Below are positions 10,496-19,483 of a stretch of DNA of 64,000 nucleotides, piece by piece. The translations under genes were made by a program, and so were the position numbers. Under the pieces are notes generated by a model that saw only the letters and a program-made list of their open reading frames with translations, was not told the DNA's origin and did no database searches. This DNA comes from Clostridia bacterium (GTDB lineage Bacteria > Bacillota > Clostridia > Acetivibrionales > UBA4821). The stretch is from contig JAWLCD010000011.1 of the NCBI GenBank assembly GCA_041687355.1, positions 2,217 through 66,216 of the forward strand, given 5' to 3'. Every line of letters starts with the position of its first letter. Position 1 is the stretch's first letter.

Positions 10496-10723
10496 TTGAA
10501 CAAGGAGAAAATACTTGAATTTTATAACAAATACAAGGGAGAAGTCATAGGAGCAGGGGCTGGCCTAATCATTGCTTTATGTATCCTGTTTCTGGGTATA
10601 ATAAAAATACTGTTTATAGCTGCCTGTACATTTTTAGGCTATTATGTAGGAAAAAGAATTTATAAAGATAGAGACTATCTTAGGAATACGATGGATAGGG
10701 TTTTGAGATTTTTTAACATCTAA
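10496..10723 (+). CDS. Small integral membrane protein (DUF2273-like)
   Basis: TTG start after GGAGGTGAATTGG. The sequence GEVIGAGAGLIIALCILFLGIIKILFIAACTFLGYYVGKRI is hydrophobic. It is the third member of the asp23 module. Confidence 0.65.
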   Translation: MNKEKILEFYNKYKGEVIGAGAGLIIALCILFLGIIKILFIAACTFLGYYVGKRIYKDRDYLRNTMDRVLRFFNI

Positions 10724-10821
10724 TGTTAGCGGAATCCAGGTGCACAGATAAGTTAGAGAAGTGGGAGTTTGAAAATTCCGTACCCGGTTCCTATTTAACA
10801 GAATGTCTGGGAGGAAAGATA

Positions 10822-11250
10822 ATGAGCCGGAGGACAGCAAGAGAACTGGCGTTTAAACTGTTATTTCAATTGGAAATTCAGAAGGAAGACCGAGAAGTAC
10901 AAATTCAAAGTTTTCTGGAAGATAACGATATAGCTGAAAAAGACAGGGGTTATATACTTGATATAGTTGAAGGTACAGCTAAACGTATTGATGAGATTGA
11001 CAAAGATATTAGCAAATACCTTAAGGGCTGGAAAATAAAAAGAATTTCAAAAGTGGATTTATCAGTACTGAGACTGGCTATGTATGAAATTATGGAGAGA
11101 AATGATATACCTGAGAATGTCTCAATAAATGAAGCGATAGAAATAGCGAAGAAATACAGCGGCGAAGAATCCGGTGCATTTGTAAACGGTGTACTTGGAA
11201 GATTTGTAAAAGCAAGGTTAGTGTCTGATAAAGCAAATGAGACCGAGTAA
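10822..11250 (+). CDS. nusB: Transcription antitermination factor NusB
   Basis: MSRRTARELAFKLLFQ... and ...AIEIAKKYSGEESGAFVNGVLG are typical of NusB. RBS GGAGGAAAGATA. Confidence 0.9.
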   Translation: MSRRTARELAFKLLFQLEIQKEDREVQIQSFLEDNDIAEKDRGYILDIVEGTAKRIDEIDKDISKYLKGWKIKRISKVDLSVLRLAMYEIMERNDIPENVSINEAIEIAKKYSGEESGAFVNGVLGRFVKARLVSDKANETE

Positions 11251-11329
11251 TAAAGCTGACATTGAATTTCCGGATAAAGTTTAGAGGTTTGTCCGGAGTT
11301 TTGAATGATTGGTTTAGAGGGTATATGGA

Positions 11330-12544
11330 ATGAATGCTTTGCAGGTATCTCAGGTAAACAAATACATTAAGGACCTCATATCCAGGGATTTCCTCCTGAA
11401 TGATTTTTGGGTTAGGGGGGAAATATCCAATTTTAAAAACCATTCATCAGGCCATATGTACTTTACAGTCAAAGATGAATCAAGTATTTTAAGATGCGTA
11501 ATGTTTCGGGCATACTGTTCAAACCTGCGGTTTATCCCTGCAAATGGAATGAAAGTGATAATACGTGGTGGAGTAAGCGTTTTTGAGAGGGATGGGCAGT
11601 ATCAGCTTTACTGTCACGAAATGCAGCCTGATGGTCTGGGAGCTCTCTATGCGGCATTTGAACAGCTTAAATTGAAGCTTAAAGACGAAGGCCTGTTTGA
11701 CCCAGGTATTAAGAAGAAGCTGCCAGCTTTCCCCGAAAGAATTGGGGTTGTTACTTCATGCACTGGTGCAGTAATCAAAGATATAATGAACGTATCACTA
11801 CGAAGATTTCCAAATGCCAGTATAGTTTTATTTCCGGTATCGGTCCAGGGAAGCTCGTCGGCCCGGGAGATTGCTCATGCACTCGATGTTCTCAATAAGA
11901 ACAGATCTGTTGATGTAATCATACTTGCAAGGGGCGGAGGCTCACTGGAGGAACTATGGGCTTTTAATGAGGAGCTGGTGGCAAGGGCTATATACAAGTC
12001 CCAGATTCCAGTGGTATCTGCAGTGGGGCATGAGACCGATTATACAATTTCAGATATGGCAGCGGATTTAAGAGCTCCGACACCATCTGCAGCGGCAGAA
12101 CTGGTAGTTCCTGACGCAAAGGAGCTAAAGTGGAAAGTTGATTCGTTAAGAAAAGAAATGGTTCTTGCAGTCCAGTCCAGAGTGTCGGACTGCAGGTCAC
12201 GGCTCCAGAAGATAGAGAACTCAATGCCCTTAAGACAGCCGTATGAAAAAGTCTATCAATTGAGAATGATACTGGATTTAAATCACAAGCTTATTCAGAG
12301 GAATATTGCTCTAAGGATAAGAGAGAGTCGGGATAGGCTTAGAAGTCTTATAGTACATTTGAATTCACTTAGCCCGCTGGCAGTTCTAGCAAGAGGTTAT
12401 TGCATTGCATCCGATTACAGTTCAGGAAAAGTAATAAAATCCGTAAAACAGGTATGCAGGGATGGACAGGTAAACATTAAATTTGCTGACGGCAGGGCTG
12501 AATGCAAGGTTGTAGATATAAAGGGAGGACAACATGAATTTTGA
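11330..12544 (+). CDS. xseA: Exodeoxyribonuclease VII large subunit
   Basis: 404 aa with an OB-fold N-terminus (VRGEISNFKNHSSGHMYFTVKD) and a catalytic region (IGVVTSCTGAVIKD, ARGGGSLEELWAFN). Confidence 0.95.
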   Translation: MNALQVSQVNKYIKDLISRDFLLNDFWVRGEISNFKNHSSGHMYFTVKDESSILRCVMFRAYCSNLRFIPANGMKVIIRGGVSVFERDGQYQLYCHEMQPDGLGALYAAFEQLKLKLKDEGLFDPGIKKKLPAFPERIGVVTSCTGAVIKDIMNVSLRRFPNASIVLFPVSVQGSSSAREIAHALDVLNKNRSVDVIILARGGGSLEELWAFNEELVARAIYKSQIPVVSAVGHETDYTISDMAADLRAPTPSAAAELVVPDAKELKWKVDSLRKEMVLAVQSRVSDCRSRLQKIENSMPLRQPYEKVYQLRMILDLNHKLIQRNIALRIRESRDRLRSLIVHLNSLSPLAVLARGYCIASDYSSGKVIKSVKQVCRDGQVNIKFADGRAECKVVDIKGGQHEF

Positions 12545-12767
12545 GGAAGCTGTAAAGAAACTGGAGAAGATAGTTCAAGAGCTTGAAACTGGAGAACTGA
12601 CTCTGGATGAGTCTCTGAAGAAGTTCAAGGAAGGCATAGAACTTACATCATTATGTAATAAGAAGCTGGATGAGGCAGAGAAAAAGATATCTGTTCTTGT
12701 AGAAGGCAGTGATGGAAAGATTAGTGAGAAGCCATTTGATTTACACGGGGAGGAAGGGCTTGAATAA
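12534..12767 (+). CDS. xseB: Exodeoxyribonuclease VII small subunit
   Basis: 77 aa: MNFEEAVKKLEKIVQELETGELTLDESLKKFKEGIELTSLC. Overlaps the end of xseA. Confidence 0.9.
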   Translation: MNFEEAVKKLEKIVQELETGELTLDESLKKFKEGIELTSLCNKKLDEAEKKISVLVEGSDGKISEKPFDLHGEEGLE

Positions 12768-13650
12768 CATAATTTCTCAGATTGAAGACTACGTGAAGCT
12801 TATTGATGCCAGACTGAGCAGCTGTGTTGGGGAGTTGGATGTGCCGGAGAAGAAGATTTATCAGGCCATGCGATATAGCCTGCTGGCAGGAGGAAAGAGG
12901 ATAAGACCGGTACTTACCCTGTCTGTAAACGACATGTTTGGCGGTGATATTGAAGCTGCCCTACCCTTTGCATGTGCAGTAGAATTAATACATACATATT
13001 CATTGATACATGATGACCTTCCTGCATTAGACAACGATGATTACAGAAGAGGCAGAAAGACAAACCATAAGGTATTTGGCGAAAGTATGGCCATACTAGC
13101 CGGTGATGCACTGCTTAACAAGGCTTTTGAAATAATGATTGATTCACTCAAGCCTGATGTGAAATTGGCTGACAAAATAAAAGCTATGCGGGAAGTAGCT
13201 TCTGCCAGCGGTGCTAACGGTATGATTGGCGGCCAGGTGGTGGATATTGAAAGTGAAGGCTGTGAGGTTGTCGGGGACATTCTTAAATATATGCATTTGA
13301 AAAAGACCGGCTGCCTTATTAAGGCATCGGCTAAAGTGGGGGCGATAATAGCCGGTATGGGAGAGCAGGACATAAATCGGATAGACAATTATGCCCAGAA
13401 TCTAGGGCTGGCTTTTCAGATTAAGGATGATATTTTGTCTGAAGTAGGCAATGAAGCCAGGATGGGTAAGAGTGTGGGTAACGATAGGAAGAACCGTAAG
13501 TCAACCTATGTGACTATACTTGGCCTGGATGAAGCTTACAGACTACTTAACCTTACTACCAGAGATGCTGTAGAATCATTGAGCAGTTACGGAGAGAAAG
13601 CAGATTTTCTTATCGGTTTGGCAGAGTATCTGCTAAAGAGAGAATACTAG
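12760..13650 (+). CDS. ispA: (2E,6E)-farnesyl diphosphate synthase / polyprenyl synthetase
   Basis: FARM motif LIHDDLPALDNDDYRRG and SARM motif FQIKDDILS. The start was set at a TTG overlapping the xseB stop, preceded by GGGGAGGAAGGG. Confidence 0.9.
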   Translation: MNNIISQIEDYVKLIDARLSSCVGELDVPEKKIYQAMRYSLLAGGKRIRPVLTLSVNDMFGGDIEAALPFACAVELIHTYSLIHDDLPALDNDDYRRGRKTNHKVFGESMAILAGDALLNKAFEIMIDSLKPDVKLADKIKAMREVASASGANGMIGGQVVDIESEGCEVVGDILKYMHLKKTGCLIKASAKVGAIIAGMGEQDINRIDNYAQNLGLAFQIKDDILSEVGNEARMGKSVGNDRKNRKSTYVTILGLDEAYRLLNLTTRDAVESLSSYGEKADFLIGLAEYLLKREY

Positions 13651-13660
13651 GGGGAATAAG

Positions 13661-14110
13661 GTGAATCCGGTTTTGGATATTTTTAGTAACCAGGTAATTC
13701 TGGTTCCTGCATTTGCATGGCTGGTTACCCAGGTTACAAAGGTTATTTATGATCTGGAGAAGTATAAGAAGATTGATATAAGAAGGTTCGTAGGTTCAGG
13801 CGGTATGCCAAGTTCGCATGCAGCGTTTGTGACATCGCTGGCTACAGTTGTGGGGTTGAAGGCGGGCTGGGGCTCACCGGAATTTGGTGTTGCCTTTGCT
13901 CTTGCAATGGTAGTGATGTATGATGCTACGGGTGTCAGAAGGGCAGCGGGCAAGCAGGCACAGGTTCTGAACAGGTTGATTGAGGAGTCCCAAACCAGTG
14001 GAAAGCTTACCAACCTTGACGTTAAGCTCAAAGAACTTATAGGCCATACACCGGTTGAAGTAATTGTTGGTGGGATGATAGGAATACTTTTTGGTATTCT
14101 GTTTTCATAA
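13661..14110 (+). CDS. Divergent PAP2 / acid-phosphatase-related membrane protein (DUF212, YuiD-like)
   Basis: GTG start. SGGMPSSHAAFVTSLA and MYDATGVRR are signatures of the DUF212 family. Several TM segments. Confidence 0.8.
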   Translation: MNPVLDIFSNQVILVPAFAWLVTQVTKVIYDLEKYKKIDIRRFVGSGGMPSSHAAFVTSLATVVGLKAGWGSPEFGVAFALAMVVMYDATGVRRAAGKQAQVLNRLIEESQTSGKLTNLDVKLKELIGHTPVEVIVGGMIGILFGILFS

Positions 14111-14261
14111 GAATAAGAATGCAAATAAAATCAACTTGACGTATATTCAAGCTTAACCGGCATATATATAGAACACCGCTCAAAACGGCTTAATATGAAC
14201 CTGATATGATATTTGTATATATTTTATATCTTATTGTATAATTAAATATTAATAATTAATG

Positions 14262-14887
14262 GTGGTACAGTATTCTAGTCAGAACTGCCGATTCTGAAGG
14301 CGGGCCTAAAAATCCGCTAAGGGCACATCGATGAAGTTCCTTGTGCCAGCTTGCGACGCCCAGTCGTGGGTTGGTGCTGGGAGTTAAGGATTAGGGGCGA
14401 TCTGCAATGGCATGCGGGCGTTGACCCCTTTTCCGTGGAGACCTGCTTGTGTGGTTTGTAAACCTGGGGTCAGGCTGTGAAGCTTCCGCCACAGGATTTA
14501 TTAAACTACGCTGCAGGATTAAACCTGTTATGCGGTACTATTTGTGCTGTGTACAGTGTAGCCTGCCTTGAGTGAAATTGGTGGATAGCGGGTCTGGCAG
14601 ATGTTTATTGGCCGATAATTATCTGCTAATTGCTGCTTGAAACCTCTTTTGCAAAAGAGGCTAGGGGTTGGCCAGGGCTGTTGAGGAAATCTCCTAGACT
14701 GCTCGTAAAGAAGCATTTCGGGGATTACAGTGTGGACTAAGTGGTAATCCAGTCCCTTCTCCGGCGACGGGAAGGTTTCAGGTTTAATGGGAAACCGCTG
14801 AAACGGCGACGTTTGAGTACCTGATGGGGAAAGCCTACTGGACCTAAGCCGCAAAATTTACTCGAAGTGCTACCACCATTTAATTAA
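14262..14887 (+). ncRNA. ole: Large structured non-coding RNA, best explained as OLE (ornate, large, extremophilic) RNA
   Basis: About 625 nt with no plausible sense ORF. The ends pair (TTAATTAATGGTGGTA ... TACCACCATTTAATTAA). There are many internal helices, for example CCTCTTTT/AAAAGAGG at 14643-14660, GGATTAC/GTAATCC, GGTTTC/GAAACC and GACCCC/GGGGTC. It is visibly more GC-rich than the AT-rich flanks. The position between ispA(-DUF212) and a small membrane-protein gene followed by dxs matches the known ole-oapA synteny. Confidence 0.8.
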
Positions 14888-14977
14888 TAAATTGCAGCAG
14901 CTGGCTGAGTACAGCAGCAGTACATATAGAAGTAAATCTGGTTTAAAACAGATAAACAGGGGACTGGTGAAAAGTTT

Positions 14978-15616
14978 TTGAGTGAAAACCATAGTAACGG
15001 TGATGTAAAGAAAAAGGCAAGAGGTAACCCACACAAGAATAAAAGCCGGAGATGGATTATTATCCTGGTTATTACCACTATTTTTCTCTCTGTGTCTATC
15101 AGCAGTGCTTCATCTATAATAATCCAAAAGATTAACCTGTTTGTTGCAATATGCGTATTACTGGTTATAATTCTTATAGGAATACTTTTTGACATTGTAG
15201 GAATAGCTGTGGCTGCTGCGGATGAAACTCCATTTCATGCCATGGCTTCAAGTAAGGTAAAAGGCTCGAAAAACGCTATTAAACTAGTAAGGAATGCAAG
15301 TAAGGTTACAACGTTCTGTAATGACGTCGTTGGTGATGTTTGCAGTGTAATAAGCGGTTCTACCAGTGCATTCATTGTTCTTAGGCTTGCGCAGATTTTA
15401 AAAGGAATCGATATTTCAGTTCTAGGTATAGCTATAAGTGCATTGGTTGCAGCCCTTACCGTTTTGGGGAAAGGTCTGGGTAAAACTGTTGCGATATCAA
15501 AGAGCAATCAGATAGTATACAGTGTAGCGCTTATGCAATATATTGCCTTTAACAGGTTTAATATAAAAGATTTATTTAAAAAGGATTCGGAAGGGAAAGA
15601 GGATAGACATGAGTAA
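14978..15616 (+). CDS. oapA: Multi-pass membrane protein, probable OLE-associated protein A
   Basis: 212 aa with a basic N-terminus and then about four TM segments. It lies immediately downstream of the OLE-like RNA and overlaps the dxs start. Assigned by synteny. Confidence 0.7.
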   Translation: MSENHSNGDVKKKARGNPHKNKSRRWIIILVITTIFLSVSISSASSIIIQKINLFVAICVLLVIILIGILFDIVGIAVAAADETPFHAMASSKVKGSKNAIKLVRNASKVTTFCNDVVGDVCSVISGSTSAFIVLRLAQILKGIDISVLGIAISALVAALTVLGKGLGKTVAISKSNQIVYSVALMQYIAFNRFNIKDLFKKDSEGKEDRHE

Positions 15617-17501
15617 AATTCTTCCATTAGTTAATAATCCATCTGATATCAAGGGACTTACTGATGAGCAACTCGACCAGCTTGGGAGAGAGCTGAGGGA
15701 GTTTCTGATTTCGTCGGTATCAAAAACCGGCGGACACCTGGCATCAAATCTTGGTGTTGTTGAATTGACTATTGCCCTACACCTCGTATTTAATACACCT
15801 TATGACAAGGTTGTATGGGATGTTGGCCACCAGTCGTACGTACATAAAATTCTTACCGGAAGAAAGGATAGCTTTGATACCTTAAGACAACTGAATGGTA
15901 TCAGCGGGTTTCCAAAAGTTAATGAAAGTGCTCATGACTGTTTTGATACAGGACACAGCAGCACTTCTGTTTCAGCTGCACTTGGAATGGCAAGGGCAAG
16001 AGATCTTAGAAACGAAAAAAACTCGGTAGTAGCTATTATCGGGGACGGAGCACTAACCGGAGGTATGGCCTTTGAAGCTTTAAATGATGCAGGGCGGTCT
16101 CCGAACAATCTGATTGTGGTACTCAATGATAATGAGATGTCTATTGATAAAAATGTTGGCGGCCTGTCCAGCTGTCTGAACAGGATACGAACCCAGCCAA
16201 TATATTTCAAAGTCAAGAGGGACCTTGATCTCCTTCTAAAGAAGATACCTGCAATCGGACCCAAGGTTACAAAGACCATAGATAAGGCAAAGGGAACCAT
16301 CAAATACATGATGCTGCCGGGAATGTTTTTTGAAGAACTGGGTTTTAAATATATAGGTCCTGTTGACGGGCATGATGTAGGTGAACTCCGGAAAGTACTT
16401 ACAAAGGCTAAAGCACTTGGAGGGCCCGTGCTGATTCATATTCTGACCCAGAAGGGGAAGGGTTACTCATATGCTGAGAAAAATCCTCACATATTTCACG
16501 GGATATCGCCCTTTGATATTGAAACCGGGGAAATAAAAAAGAGCGTTAGCGTAAAGGATTACTCGACTGTCTTTGGAGAAGAGCTAACCGATATTGCAAG
16601 GCGTGATGAAAGTGTGGTTGCAATAACAGCCGCCATGCCTCATGGAACTGGTCTTCAGAACTTTGCTTTGGAGTTTCCGGAGAGATTTTTTGACGTAGGT
16701 ATAGCTGAACAGCATGCGGTCACAATTGCAGCCGGTCTCGCATCAGAAGGTTTTAAGCCTGTAGTTGCCATATATTCTTCATTTCTGCAGAGAGCTTATG
16801 ACCAAATAGTTCACGATGTCTGCACGCAGAACCTGCCTGTAGTTTTTGCAATTGACAGAGCGGGAATAGTAGGAAATGACGGGGAAACACATCAGGGGTT
16901 GTTTGACTTGTCCTATCTTTCTCATATACCTAATATGTCGGTAATGGCTCCGAAGGACTTCGATGAGTTCCGCCATATGCTTAGATTTTGCACTGAATTC
17001 AAGGGACCCATTGCAATACGATACCCGAGAGGGTCAGCCAAAGATATACCTGTTGAGAGAATACAACCTATTGAGTATGGCAGAGCCGAACTGCTTCAGC
17101 AAGGGGAAGATATAACCATTGCCGCCTGTGGCAAGATGGTTCGTGTTGCTCTTAAGGTGGCAAGGGAGATAATGAAGTTTGGCATGAGTGCTGATGTAAT
17201 CAATGTAAGATTTATCAAGCCCCTGGACACAAAAATGATACTAGCATCGGCTGAAAAGACCAAGAAGGTTGTAACCATGGAGGATAATGCTATAAGCGGT
17301 GGTTTTGGAAGTGCAGTCCTCCAGGCTATAGCTCAGGGTGGTATTGAGGGAGTAAAGACCAAGATGTTCGGATATCCCGATGAATTTGTAAGACATGGAA
17401 ACACAGATCAGATTCACAGGCTTTACGGTCTGGACTACCAGTCAATTGCGTGTGAGATATTGAATACCTACAAGGTGGGGAAAAAGTTTAAGGTGTTATA
17501 G
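15609..17501 (+). CDS. dxs: 1-deoxy-D-xylulose-5-phosphate synthase
   Basis: 630 aa with GGHLASNLGVVELTIALH, a ThDP motif (GDGALTGGMAFEALNDAG...LNDNEMSI) and a transketolase-like C-terminus. Confidence 0.97.
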   Translation: MSKILPLVNNPSDIKGLTDEQLDQLGRELREFLISSVSKTGGHLASNLGVVELTIALHLVFNTPYDKVVWDVGHQSYVHKILTGRKDSFDTLRQLNGISGFPKVNESAHDCFDTGHSSTSVSAALGMARARDLRNEKNSVVAIIGDGALTGGMAFEALNDAGRSPNNLIVVLNDNEMSIDKNVGGLSSCLNRIRTQPIYFKVKRDLDLLLKKIPAIGPKVTKTIDKAKGTIKYMMLPGMFFEELGFKYIGPVDGHDVGELRKVLTKAKALGGPVLIHILTQKGKGYSYAEKNPHIFHGISPFDIETGEIKKSVSVKDYSTVFGEELTDIARRDESVVAITAAMPHGTGLQNFALEFPERFFDVGIAEQHAVTIAAGLASEGFKPVVAIYSSFLQRAYDQIVHDVCTQNLPVVFAIDRAGIVGNDGETHQGLFDLSYLSHIPNMSVMAPKDFDEFRHMLRFCTEFKGPIAIRYPRGSAKDIPVERIQPIEYGRAELLQQGEDITIAACGKMVRVALKVAREIMKFGMSADVINVRFIKPLDTKMILASAEKTKKVVTMEDNAISGGFGSAVLQAIAQGGIEGVKTKMFGYPDEFVRHGNTDQIHRLYGLDYQSIACEILNTYKVGKKFKVL

Positions 17502-17511
17502 ACTGTAGAGG

Positions 17512-17538
17512 GAAGCTGGAAACAGCTTCTTTTTTTTG
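17512..17538 (+). terminator. Intrinsic terminator of dxs
   Basis: GAAGCTG-GAAA-CAGCTTC followed by TTTTTTTTT. Confidence 0.8.
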
Positions 17539-17556
17539 CTTATTTCAGAGCATTTG

Positions 17557-17588
17557 AACGTGACAGGGGACGGTTCTCTGTCACGTTT
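17557..17588. repeat. Palindromic intergenic element carrying the 19-mer GACAGGGGACGGTTCTCTG
   Basis: AACGTGACAG-GGGACGGTTCT-CTGTCACGTT. The same 19-mer recurs at 47936-47954 and, inverted, at 47970-47988. Confidence 0.7.
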
Positions 17589-17790
17589 TGGATATTCTTA
17601 TCAAGAGAGGTGTGAAAAGTAAGGTTCTGAAAAGTTACTCTAGAATGCTTTAGATTATTTGTAACAAGTTTGTTAATAAATTGTATTGTAAATGAAAGAA
17701 CAAAAATATAAAGATTCTTGTCAAAAAATACGATAAATCTAGTGAAATACCACCACTTTATGAAAACAAAGGAATTTTTATTAGAATATA

Positions 17791-17839
17791 TTGACATAGA
17801 ACACGTGTTCGTATATAATAAAAATGCGAACAGTTGTTC
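17791..17839 (+). promoter_or_regulatory. Consensus sigma-A promoter overlapped by two LexA (Cheo/SOS) boxes
   Basis: TTGACA (17791-17796), a 17-nt spacer, then TATAAT (17814-17819). GAACACGTGTTC at 17799-17810 lies in the spacer. CGAACAGTTGTTC at 17827-17839 lies just downstream. Both fit the Gram-positive CGAAC-N4-GTTCG operator. Confidence 0.7.
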
Positions 17840-17856
17840 TAATGGAGGGAGTTAAT

Positions 17857-18147
17857 ATGGTTTCAAAGAGAATTAAGATTAAAGACCCAACAAGATTAAA
17901 ATTATTTTGCTTTGTTATATTCTTTATAACGGTTTTACTTCTTCAAAGTAAGTGGCTCTATAGTTCTGATTACCAACGTACCAAATGGGTTGTTGTGTCA
18001 GCAGGGGAAAGTTTATGGGATATAGCTGCAAGATATAAATCTGATAGGGAGGATATAAGAAATTACATGTATAAGATAAAAGAAATCAATATGCTTAAGT
18101 CGAGTATGGTGTTGGAAGGGCAGGAACTGGAATTACCTGTACAGTAA
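17857..18147 (+). CDS. TM plus LysM-domain protein, YneA-like SOS cell-division inhibitor candidate
   Basis: About 96 aa with an N-terminal TM (LKLFCFVIFFITVLLL) and a C-terminal LysM (VVSAGESLWDIAARYKSD...EINMLKSSMVLEGQELELP). RBS GGAGGGAG. LexA boxes in the promoter. Confidence 0.7.
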   Translation: MVSKRIKIKDPTRLKLFCFVIFFITVLLLQSKWLYSSDYQRTKWVVVSAGESLWDIAARYKSDREDIRNYMYKIKEINMLKSSMVLEGQELELPVQ

Positions 18148-18411
18148 ATGGTTGGTTGAGATTAGGATTTGAATAAGTTATATAGAAAAATCGATGAAAA
18201 GCTGTGTATATAATACATGGCTTTTTGTGTTGCAGCATATCCCGGATTAAGCACATCTACTGCTTCGCTAAAGGAGCTTCTCCTTGAATATAGGGAAATG
18301 AATTAACCAACGAATCAATCTTCCTGCCTTAGGGAATATTTAACATAGAAAGGCCGATAAAACATTATGTGTATACAGTAACAAGGGAAAGGCTGAAAAT
18401 AAGCATTGATT

Positions 18412-19476
18412 ATGAAAGGTATAGGATTGGAAAACCGTATAAGTCTAATTTATAGATTTTTATCCAGGGTGTTTCCAAAGGTTGATATGGAACTTGCCAG
18501 GTGGGTAAGAGAAATCCGCTGTTTTGGTTCTGATGAGCTGGCCTACCAGGCAATGGCAAGCATAAGGCTGAAGAAGTTTCACTGCCAGGGAGGAAGTATT
18601 TTTTCTCTGTATCCGGGCTGCAATACTGACAGGATGATTGAACTGATTGTTGCACTGCAAACCATCAGCGACTACCTTGATAACCTTTGTGATAGGTGTG
18701 GCTTTCAGGAGGAAAGAGCTTTCAGACAGCTACACCTTGCATTTATTGAGGCACTTGAGCCTGAAGGAGCATTATCTGACTATTATCTATACTATCCCTT
18801 TCGAGATGACGGAGGATACCTATCCAAACTTGTTGGTACATGCAGAGAGTGTGTTAATGAATTGCCTTTATACAGGAATGTCCGGGAACGAATAATGAAG
18901 TTGGGAGAGCTATATTCCGAGCTTCAGATATACAAGCATCTCTCCCCGAATATCAGAGAACATAAAGTAATCAGCTGGACCCTCCCAAACCTTAAAGAAT
19001 ATAGAGATATTACAAGCTGGGAATTTGCTGCAGCCTCTGGTTCAACTCTCGCAATATTTATGATGTTTGCTCTGTCAAGCAGTTCAAGTCGGCTTGATAA
19101 GGATATAGACGCTGCTTTTGAAGCTTATTTTCCGTGGATTTGCGGACTGCATATTCTGCTTGATTATTTTATCGATCTCAAAGAGGATAGGGAATGGGGG
19201 GATTTAAATTTTGTATCTTTCTATTCGGATATGTCTGAGGCTGAGGATAGGTTAAAACTCTTCATAGAAAAATCCATAGATAGGGCTGGGAAACTACCAA
19301 ATAATTATTTCCACAGAGTGGTAGTGCAGGGCCTCTTAGCACTGTACCTCTCTGACCCAAAGATTGAACTGGGAAGCCAGGGGGCTATTGGGAGGAGACT
19401 GGTAAACAAGGGCGGAGGCACAGCGTATACCTTGTGGAGAATATGTAGAAGATTAAGAAGCAAAGGTTTTATTTAA
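18412..19476 (+). CDS. DUF2600 / YtpB-like protein (tetraprenyl-beta-curcumene synthase family)
   Basis: By recollection it resembles YtpB (..ASIRLKKFHCQGGSIFSLYP.., ..HILLDYFIDLKEDRE..). Family assignment is from memory of the motifs and was not searched. Confidence 0.6.
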   Translation: MKGIGLENRISLIYRFLSRVFPKVDMELARWVREIRCFGSDELAYQAMASIRLKKFHCQGGSIFSLYPGCNTDRMIELIVALQTISDYLDNLCDRCGFQEERAFRQLHLAFIEALEPEGALSDYYLYYPFRDDGGYLSKLVGTCRECVNELPLYRNVRERIMKLGELYSELQIYKHLSPNIREHKVISWTLPNLKEYRDITSWEFAAASGSTLAIFMMFALSSSSSRLDKDIDAAFEAYFPWICGLHILLDYFIDLKEDREWGDLNFVSFYSDMSEAEDRLKLFIEKSIDRAGKLPNNYFHRVVVQGLLALYLSDPKIELGSQGAIGRRLVNKGGGTAYTLWRICRRLRSKGFI

Positions 19477-19483
19477 CAATATG

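Noticed and set aside
14528-14854. 108-aa ORF on the minus strand inside the structured-RNA interval
   Set aside because: It has no RBS and a low-complexity, Pro/Ser/Arg-rich translation. It lies antisense within a region better explained by extensive RNA secondary structure and OLE synteny, so it is treated as spurious.
17540-17797. 85-aa minus-strand ORF upstream of the LysM gene
   Set aside because: It runs through AT-rich promoter DNA, the dxs terminator and a palindromic repeat. The translation is Phe/Ile/Asn/Lys-rich, as expected from AT-rich non-coding sequence, and there is no RBS.
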